This document shows positions 16,104-21,771 of a stretch of DNA of 21,771 bases, piece after piece (positions within the stretch are counted from its first letter, which is position 1; each line of letters opens with the position of its first letter). A program made the position numbers and the translations under genes. The notes under the pieces are model-generated. The model ran no database searches. It worked only from the letters and a program-made list of their open reading frames with translations, and was not told the origin of the DNA. This DNA comes from Desulfovibrio sp. (GTDB lineage: Bacteria; Desulfobacterota; Desulfovibrionia; Desulfovibrionales; Desulfovibrionaceae), in assembly GCA_004796465.1 (NCBI GenBank), contig QZKZ01000069.1, forward strand, positions 1 to 21,771, given 5' to 3'.

Positions 16104-18067
16104 GAACCGAGTTGCTCCCGCTTTTGTTCGAGGGCCTGGATTTCCTCTTCCAGCTCGGCCAGACACTCCAGGCCGTCCTCGCTGGACTGGCGGCACTCGT
16201 CGTACTCCTTGAGCAGTTCGGTCATGCGCGCGGAATCCTCCAACACGGCAGGGTCGGCCAGGGCAGCCTCCACCTCGGCCATGCGCTCCAGCACCTTTTC
16301 CAGTTCCTGTTCTTTTTTCGAGTAGACCTGTTGCTTGGGCTTGAGTTCCTTGTAGATGCGGTTGCGTTCCTCTGCTTCGAGGCGTTTGCGCTGTTTGAGT
16401 TCTTCCCGGCTCAAGGCCTTGCCTGCCTGGGCTGCCTGCTTGCCCGGCTCTTGCTTGTCTTCGAGCGCGGCGCGGCGGGCGCGGTCGTAGCCTGTAAAGC
16501 CGTCGAGATGCACCTCAATGCCCGTGCCGGACAGGGACCAGACCTGTTCGGCAGCGCGGCTGAGCAACATGCGGTCGTGGGCCACCATGAGCAGGGTGCC
16601 TTCGAAATGCTCCAGGGCCTGCATAAGCGCTTCCCGGCTTTCCAGGTCCAGATGGTTGGTGGGTTCGTCCAGGACCAGGAAATTGGCCCGCTTGAGGAAC
16701 AAACAGGCCAGCATGAGCCGCGCCTTTTCCCCGCCGGACAGGTCGCCCACTTGTCTTTCAAAATATTCCGCGCCCAGCATGAACAGGCCGAGCACGCTCA
16801 TGAGCTCTTCTTCCGTGGTGCGCGGGTCGCTCAAACGGCGGATTTGGGACAGCACCGAACTTTCCAGGTCCAGGGTGTCCACGTGGTGCTGGCTGAAATA
16901 GGCCATGTCCACGGCCTGACCCAGGACCGAGCGGCCCTGGTCCGCGTCAAGCATGCCCACCACCAGCTTGAGCAGGGTTGACTTGCCGCAGCCGTTGGGC
17001 CCGGCCAAGGCGATCTTTTGCCCGCGATACAAGGAAAAATTCAGTTTGTCCCACAAAGGCTGGGAGTTGGGATAGGCAAAGCCAAGGTCCACCACGCTGA
17101 GCACGGTCTTGTCGCAACGCGCGGGCTCGGGCCAGGCAAAGGCCAGGGTCTTGCGCTTGGGCTCGGGCCTCAGGCCTTCCAGTTCCTTTTCCAGCCGCTC
17201 GGCCTGCTTTTTGCGCGAACCAGCCTGGCGGGCCTTGGTGGCCTTGGCCTTGAAACGGCGCACAAAGTCCATCTTGCGCTCGATCTCCTCGGAGATGCGC
17301 TTGGCCTCGCGCTCCTTCTGGTCCTCGTATTCTTCTTGCCAGGTCAGGAACTGGGTGAACGAACCCTTGCGCAGCAGGGGCTTGCTCCCGCCGAGATAGA
17401 GGACCTGGGTGCCCACCTTGTCCAGGAACACGCGGTCGTGGGCCACAAAGACCAGCACGCCCTCGAACTCCATGAGGTAGGATTCCAGCCATTCAATGGC
17501 TTCCAGGTCCAGGTGGTTGGTGGGTTCGTCCAGGAGCAGCAGGTCAGCGCCCGCCACCAGAATCCGGGCCAGTTTGGCCCGCTCCCGCCAGCCACCGGAC
17601 AGCTCGTGCAGCTTGCGCGAGTGTTCGTGCTCGGCAAAACCCAGGCCGCTCAGGACCGTATGGGCCTTGTGCTCGGGACTGTAGCCCAGGGACTGCTCCA
17701 TCTCGGCCTGCTTGCGGCCCAGCCGCTCCAAGGCGGCGGTGTCCTCTGCCTGGAGCGCCCGTTCCCAATCGCGCCAAAAATCGCCCCACGAGGGCAAGGC
17801 GTCCATGACCCAGCCCAGCACGCTGCGCCCGAGGGTCTCCCGGTCCAGGTCCTGGGCCGAGTAGCCCAAGCGCGCGCCCTTGATCAGCTTGACCTGGCCC
17901 GAGTCTATGGACTCCTCCCCGGCCAGCATGCGCAGGAGCGTGGACTTGCCCGTGCCGTTGGGACCGGCCACGGCCAAGCGCGTGGAGGGATGCACTTCCA
18001 GGGAAAAGTCCAGGAACAGGTCCCGTGCGCCGTAGGCCTTGCTGATGGATTGAATCGACAGGGTCAT
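16097..18067 (-). CDS. ABC-F family ATPase (two ABC ATPase domains plus a C-terminal coiled coil), Uup/EttA-like.
   Basis: The start ATG at 18067 (MTLSIQSISKAYG...) is the canonical ABC-F N-terminus; the track ORF extends artificially upstream. There are two Walker A motifs (GPNGTGKST, GPNGCGKST) and two LSGGxxxR signature motifs (LSGGWRERAKLA, LSGGEKARLMLA). The C-terminal coiled coil ends ...EEEIQALEQKREQL. Confidence 0.85.
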   Translation of the reverse strand: MTLSIQSISKAYGARDLFLDFSLEVHPSTRLAVAGPNGTGKSTLLRMLAGEESIDSGQVKLIKGARLGYSAQDLDRETLGRSVLGWVMDALPSWGDFWRDWERALQAEDTAALERLGRKQAEMEQSLGYSPEHKAHTVLSGLGFAEHEHSRKLHELSGGWRERAKLARILVAGADLLLLDEPTNHLDLEAIEWLESYLMEFEGVLVFVAHDRVFLDKVGTQVLYLGGSKPLLRKGSFTQFLTWQEEYEDQKEREAKRISEEIERKMDFVRRFKAKATKARQAGSRKKQAERLEKELEGLRPEPKRKTLAFAWPEPARCDKTVLSVVDLGFAYPNSQPLWDKLNFSLYRGQKIALAGPNGCGKSTLLKLVVGMLDADQGRSVLGQAVDMAYFSQHHVDTLDLESSVLSQIRRLSDPRTTEEELMSVLGLFMLGAEYFERQVGDLSGGEKARLMLACLFLKRANFLVLDEPTNHLDLESREALMQALEHFEGTLLMVAHDRMLLSRAAEQVWSLSGTGIEVHLDGFTGYDRARRAALEDKQEPGKQAAQAGKALSREELKQRKRLEAEERNRIYKELKPKQQVYSKKEQELEKVLERMAEVEAALADPAVLEDSARMTELLKEYDECRQSSEDGLECLAELEEEIQALEQKREQLGSA

Positions 18068-18090
18068 GCTGAAACCGTGGGGTTGAAGGT

Positions 18091-18122
18091 AAAAAGGCGT
18101 CGCCGATGTTCCCGGCGACGCC
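18091..18122 (-). terminator. Canonical rho-independent terminator after leuB.
   Basis: The 10-bp GC stem GGCGTCGCCG / CGGCGACGCC (18096-18105 / 18113-18122) has a 7-nt loop and is followed on the minus strand by UUUUU (plus 18091-18095 = aaaaa). It lies 28 nt after the leuB stop. The ABC-F start is only 24 nt further downstream. Confidence 0.7.
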
Positions 18123-18149
18123 TGATGTAGTCGTTGAATGGATTCGTGT

Positions 18150-19223
18150 CTAGATGCGTTCAGCCACGATGTCGCCCATCTTGGCGCAGCCCACCTGGGC
18201 CTTGCCCGGCTCCATGGTGTCGATGGTGCGGAAGCCGTCGGCCAGAGCCCTTTGCACGGCCTTTTCAATGGCCTGGGCTTCCTGCTCCATGTTGCAGGAG
18301 TGGCGCAGGAGCATGGCTGCGGAAAGTATGGTGGCCATGGGGTTGGCCTTGTCCTGGCCGGCAACGTCCGGGGCCGAGCCGTGGATGGGCTCGTACAGGC
18401 CAGGCCCGTCGTCGGACAGGGACGCCGAGGGCAGCATGCCGATGGAGCCCGTGATCACCGAGGCCTCGTCGGACAAGATATCGCCGAAGATGTTGCCCGT
18501 GACGATCACGTCGAACTGGGAAGGATCGCGCACCAACTGCATGGCCGCGTTGTCCACGTACATGTGGGACAGCTCCACGTCGGGGTAGTCCTTGGCCACT
18601 TCCAGCACCACCTCGCGCCAGAGCTGGGACACTTCCAGCACATTGGCCTTGTCCACGGAGCACAGACGCTTGCCGCGGCCCCTGGCGATCTCGAATGCCA
18701 TGGCCGTGATGCGGCGCACCTCGTGCTCCTTGTAGATCATGGTGTTGAAGCCCACGCGCTCGCCGTCGCGGGTGTCGAAGCCCTTGGGTTCGCCAAAGTA
18801 GATGCCGCCCGTGAGTTCGCGCACCACCATCACGTCGATGCCCCGGGCCACGATGTCCGGCCTGAGGAAACAGGCCCCGGCCAGCTCCGGAAAAAGGTGC
18901 GCGGGCCGCAGGTTGGCGAACAGGCCGAGTTCCTTGCGGATGCCGAGCAGGCCGCGCTCCGGGCGAATCTCGTTGGCCACGTTGTCCCATTTGGGGCCGC
19001 CCACCGCGCCCAAGAGCACGGCGTCGGCCTCGCGGCACTTCTCAATGGTTTCCTGGGGCAAGGGGCCGCCCGTGGCGTCGATTGCCGCGCCGCCGATGAG
19101 CGCCTCGGCAAAAAAGAACTCGTGGTTGAACTTACCGGCGATGCGCTCCAGGACCTTGACCGCCTGGGGCATAATTTCCGGGCCAATGCCATCTCCAGGA
19201 AGGAGACAGAGGCTGACACGCAT
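18150..19223 (-). CDS. leuB: 3-isopropylmalate dehydrogenase.
   Basis: 357 aa with [10 protein letters not shown] and [13 protein letters not shown] motifs. An AGGAGA ribosome-binding site is upstream of the ATG. Confidence 0.95.
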   Translation of the reverse strand: MRVSLCLLPGDGIGPEIMPQAVKVLERIAGKFNHEFFFAEALIGGAAIDATGGPLPQETIEKCREADAVLLGAVGGPKWDNVANEIRPERGLLGIRKELGLFANLRPAHLFPELAGACFLRPDIVARGIDVMVVRELTGGIYFGEPKGFDTRDGERVGFNTMIYKEHEVRRITAMAFEIARGRGKRLCSVDKANVLEVSQLWREVVLEVAKDYPDVELSHMYVDNAAMQLVRDPSQFDVIVTGNIFGDILSDEASVITGSIGMLPSASLSDDGPGLYEPIHGSAPDVAGQDKANPMATILSAAMLLRHSCNMEQEAQAIEKAVQRALADGFRTIDTMEPGKAQVGCAKMGDIVAERI

Positions 19224-19250
19224 GGGTTTCTCCTGATGTTTTCGCTTTTC

Positions 19251-19321
19251 TTTCTCTACGTACGAGTAGTTTCTCTACCCACAGCCGCCACATTTCGCGA
19301 CCCGTTCACTGGTAGAGAAAC
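19251..19321. repeat. Repeat system around the DUF89 stop and leuB leader: an 11-bp perfect inverted repeat GTTTCTCTACC (19269-19279) / GGTAGAGAAAC (19311-19321) with a 31-nt spacer, plus a third direct copy TTTCTCTAC (19251-19259).
   Basis: Read directly from the sequence. On the minus-strand mRNA the arm inside the DUF89 3' end can pair with either of two downstream complementary copies. Confidence 0.6.
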
Positions 19322-20169
19322 AGGGACTGCCCTTGTTCCACGCCAAAAAAGCCCGCCACCACCTCGCATTTGGCCTTGAACGCAAAATACACGCCCGGCT
19401 TGCGGTCCACAAGGGCCTCGAAGTTGCCTTGTCCCTTGGACAACACCACGTCCGCGGCGTCAAGCTCCTGTTGCAGCTCCACGTTGATCTTGCCCAGGAT
19501 GGTGCCAGGGGCCGCTAAACCGGAATCAAGCACCCGGCAGAGCTTGGTCATGCCCATTTCAACGGCGTCATCCATGGTGGCGTCGTTAAGGATGGGACCG
19601 CCGCGCACTGCGAAAGTCACGTCGCAGCCCAAGTTGAGCAACTCAGCCACCAGGAGCGTGTCCAGGCCGATCTCCCCGGCGTTGTCGCCCAGGATCAGGA
19701 CCCGCGCGCCTTTTTGGACCTCGGCTTGGAAGCGCTCATAAGCGTCGTGGCCGTAGGCCGCTGCATCCTCATCAGCCAAGGCCTGCTCCCAATCATAGAC
19801 CCGGGTGATGCCCGCGTCCATGTAATTGCCGATGATGGCCAGATTGAGAGCCTTGCGCAGGGGGTCGCCGCCATTGGATCGATCCGCCTCGACCATGGCC
19901 CGCAACTCTGGCAGCAGCTCCTTGACCCTGGCGTTGGCTCTGCGCTTGTACTCCAGAAAAGGATCGTGGTTGCCCAGGATCGTGGAGTTGCGGGCAAAGA
20001 GCTCGTGGGCCAGATCCGGGGGACTGCGGTCAAAGTCGGCCTGGGCCAGGAACTTGGCTGTTTCGCGCGCCACCTCGGCGTGCAGGTCCTTGCGGTCCGG
20101 CGCGGCGGAGCGCGCCCCGCGAATGGCCTGGCTCATGAAGCATGGCAAACAGTCCAAGGAGGTGAACAT
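19306..20169 (-). CDS. DUF89 / ARMT1-like domain protein (damage-control metal-dependent phosphatase family), embedded between leuD and leuB.
   Basis: 287 aa. The N-terminus MFTSLDCLPCFMSQ has the Cys pair typical of DUF89 subfamily members. The start lies 8 nt after the leuD stop. The assignment is from motif memory only. Confidence 0.55.
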   Translation of the reverse strand: MFTSLDCLPCFMSQAIRGARSAAPDRKDLHAEVARETAKFLAQADFDRSPPDLAHELFARNSTILGNHDPFLEYKRRANARVKELLPELRAMVEADRSNGGDPLRKALNLAIIGNYMDAGITRVYDWEQALADEDAAAYGHDAYERFQAEVQKGARVLILGDNAGEIGLDTLLVAELLNLGCDVTFAVRGGPILNDATMDDAVEMGMTKLCRVLDSGLAAPGTILGKINVELQQELDAADVVLSKGQGNFEALVDRKPGVYFAFKAKCEVVAGFFGVEQGQSLFLYQ

Positions 20170-20177
20170 AAAGCTGA

Positions 20178-20672
20178 TTATCCTTGCAGCTGCTTTTTCA
20201 CGTAGGGCACGAGCCCGCCCTGGTTGAGGATCTCCTGCATAAAGGGCGGCACCGGACGGCAGGCGATTTCCTCGCCCGTGGTCACGTTCTTGATGCAGCC
20301 CGCCTTGAGGTCCACGTCCAGGTCGTCGCCGTCGCTGATCTTGGCAATGTCGTCGCCGACTTCAAGCAGGGCCAAGCCCATGTTGAAGCCATTGCGGTAG
20401 AAGATGCGGGCAAAGCTGTGGGCAATGACCGCGGGGATGCCCGCGCCCAGGATGGCGATGGGCGCATGTTCCCGGGACGAGCCGCAGCCGAAGTTCTCTC
20501 CGGCCACAATGACGTCCCCGCTTCCCACCCGCTTGACCCAGCCGGGTTCAAGACCTTCCATGCAGTTGGCGCCCAGTTCGTCGGGGTCCGTGGTCACCAG
20601 GAACCGGGCCGGGATGATGGCATCAGTATCTATGTGGTCGCCCACTTTGTGGGCCTTGATGGTCTTGGCCAT
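20178..20672 (-). CDS. leuD: 3-isopropylmalate dehydratase small subunit (archaeal/type 2 LeuD).
   Basis: 164 aa with the motifs [15 protein letters not shown] and [14 protein letters not shown]. The start is 4 nt after the leuC stop. Confidence 0.9.
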   Translation of the reverse strand: MAKTIKAHKVGDHIDTDAIIPARFLVTTDPDELGANCMEGLEPGWVKRVGSGDVIVAGENFGCGSSREHAPIAILGAGIPAVIAHSFARIFYRNGFNMGLALLEVGDDIAKISDGDDLDVDLKAGCIKNVTTGEEIACRPVPPFMQEILNQGGLVPYVKKQLQG

Positions 20673-20676
20673 GGTC

Positions 20677-21771
20677 TTAGTCCTTTTTGACCCGTTCCGT
20701 GTGCACGGACCAGGGAGGAGTGATCACGCCGGTCACGGCGCTGGCAGCGGCAACCGAGGGGCTGGCCAAATAGACTTCGCTGTCCAGGCTGCCCATGCGG
20801 CCCCGAAAGTTGCGGTTGGTGGTGGCCACGGCCTTTTCGCCCGCAGCCAGGATGCCCATGTGTCCACCCAAGCAGGGCCCGCAGGTGGGCGGTCCCACCA
20901 CGCAGCCCGACTCCATGAAACTTTCCAGCAAGCCTTCCTTAAGGGCCTGGCGCCAGATGGCCGGGGTGGCGGGCAGGATGATGCAGCGCACGTCCCGGTG
21001 CACCTTGTGGGTGCGCAGGACAACCTCGGCCTCGCGCAGGTCAGAGATGCGGCCATTGGTGCAGGAGCCGATCACCACCTGGTCGATGCGCGTGTCCTTG
21101 ACCTGGTCCACGTCCTTCACGTTGTCAGGGATGTGCGGGCAGGCCACCTGGGGTTTCATGTCGCTCACGTCAAAGCTGAGCACGCGTTCGTATGTCGCAC
21201 CCTCGTCGGCGGCCAGTTCGCTGCCGCCGCGCTTGCCCCGCTCGCGGGCATATTGCAGGGCCTTGCCGTCCACAGGAAACAGGCCGCACTTGCCGCCCGC
21301 CTCAATGGCCATGTTGGCGATGGTCATGCGGCCTTCCATGCCCATGTCGTCGACCACGGGACCGGCGAATTCCAAGGCCATGTAGCGGGCGCCGGCCACG
21401 CCGATCTGGCCGATAAGGTGCAGGATCAGGTCCTTGGCCCCCACATGCGGGGGAAGGGTGCCCGAGTATTCCACGCGGATGGTGGGTGGCACCTTGAACC
21501 AAGTCGAGCCCAAGGCCATGGCCCCGGCGATGTCCGTGGAGCCCATGCCCGTGGCGAACGCGCCCAGGCCGCCGTAGGTGCAGGTATGGCTGTCCGCGCC
21601 CACCACCACGTCGCCCGGGCCCACCAGGCCCAACTCGGGCAAGAGCGCGTGCTCAACGCCCGCGTCGCCGCCCTCGTAATAATGGGTCACGTTCATTTCC
21701 TTGGCAAACTCGCGCACCACCTTGACCTGCTCGGCAGAGTCCAGGTCCTTGTTGGGCGTGAAGTGGTCCAT
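20677..21771 (-). CDS. leuC: 3-isopropylmalate dehydratase large subunit (type 2 LeuC). 5'-truncated by the window end; the Met at 21771 is internal.
   Basis: The motifs [40 protein letters not shown] and GSCTNGR are present, along with Fe-S ligand cysteines. Alignment to archaeal-type LeuC indicates ~60-70 N-terminal residues lie beyond the window. Confidence 0.9.
   Translation of the reverse strand: MDHFTPNKDLDSAEQVKVVREFAKEMNVTHYYEGGDAGVEHALLPELGLVGPGDVVVGADSHTCTYGGLGAFATGMGSTDIAGAMALGSTWFKVPPTIRVEYSGTLPPHVGAKDLILHLIGQIGVAGARYMALEFAGPVVDDMGMEGRMTIANMAIEAGGKCGLFPVDGKALQYARERGKRGGSELAADEGATYERVLSFDVSDMKPQVACPHIPDNVKDVDQVKDTRIDQVVIGSCTNGRISDLREAEVVLRTHKVHRDVRCIILPATPAIWRQALKEGLLESFMESGCVVGPPTCGPCLGGHMGILAAGEKAVATTNRNFRGRMGSLDSEVYLASPSVAAASAVTGVITPPWSVHTERVKKD

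Noticed and set aside
14107-19379. Plus-strand ORFs 14107..15084, 15383..16009, 16112..16981, 17018..18130 and 18138..19379.
   Set aside because: All are antisense shadows of folE2/nikR, the methyltransferase, the ABC-F and leuB respectively. None has a ribosome-binding site or a recognisable domain.
1-21771. CRISPR arrays, tRNA/rRNA genes, transposases or integrases.
   Set aside because: No evenly spaced repeat arrays, no tRNA-like cloverleaf signatures in the intergenic regions I inspected, and no transposase- or integrase-like translations in any frame. The window looks like core chromosome.

Overview
This 21.8 kb window is a high-GC chromosomal segment. Its gene content (a small Asp-containing 7Fe-type ferredoxin, nikR, a sigma-54 activator, and a leuC-leuD-DUF89-leuB arrangement) suggests a Desulfovibrionaceae-like sulfate reducer; that placement is inference from gene content only. 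I call 20 protein-coding genes, 18 of them on the minus strand. Nearly every plus-strand ORF in the track is a wrong-frame shadow of a minus-strand gene, as expected at high GC.

Gene content in order:
- 1-569 (-): partial YkgJ/UPF0153 CxxxCxxCC metal-chelating protein.
- 806-994 (-): 62-aa ferredoxin with CxxDxxC...CP plus CxxCxxCxxxC motifs.
- 1246-2199 (-): MarR-GNAT fusion regulator.
- 2360-3460 (+): cobT.
- 3542-5806 (+): signal-peptide-bearing Lon-like (S16) peptidase domain protein with a roughly 550-aa uncharacterised C-terminal region.
- 5837-6772 (-): hemC.
- 6783-7013 (-): FmdB-type zinc ribbon protein.
- 7036-7674 (-): gmhA.
- 7798-8637 (-): Memo-like (AmmeMemoRadiSam protein B family) protein.
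- 8750-12322 (-): 1190-aa periplasmic protein with an AMIN-like domain, an acidic Glu-Pro repeat linker and a long TPR region.
- 12391-13407 (-): PspF-like sigma-54 activator with no N-terminal regulatory domain and a GAFTHA variant of the GAFTGA motif.
- 13604-13987 (-): orphan flagellar rod-family gene (FlgB/FlgC-like) preceded by a sigma-28-type promoter.
- 14062-16000 (-): a translationally coupled nikR-folE2 pair behind a lysine-methyltransferase-like gene.
- 16097-18067 (-): ABC-F (Uup-like) ATPase.
- 18150-21771 (-): leuC-leuD-DUF89-leuB cluster with a canonical intrinsic terminator after leuB.

I found no tRNA, rRNA, CRISPR array, or mobile element. No single obviously novel multi-gene system stands out. 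The most unusual items are the secreted Lon-like protease with its large unknown domain, the FimV/HubP-like AMIN-acidic-TPR giant protein, the sigma-54 activator variant, the nikR-folE2 coupling, and several palindromic or repeat elements in intergenic regions.
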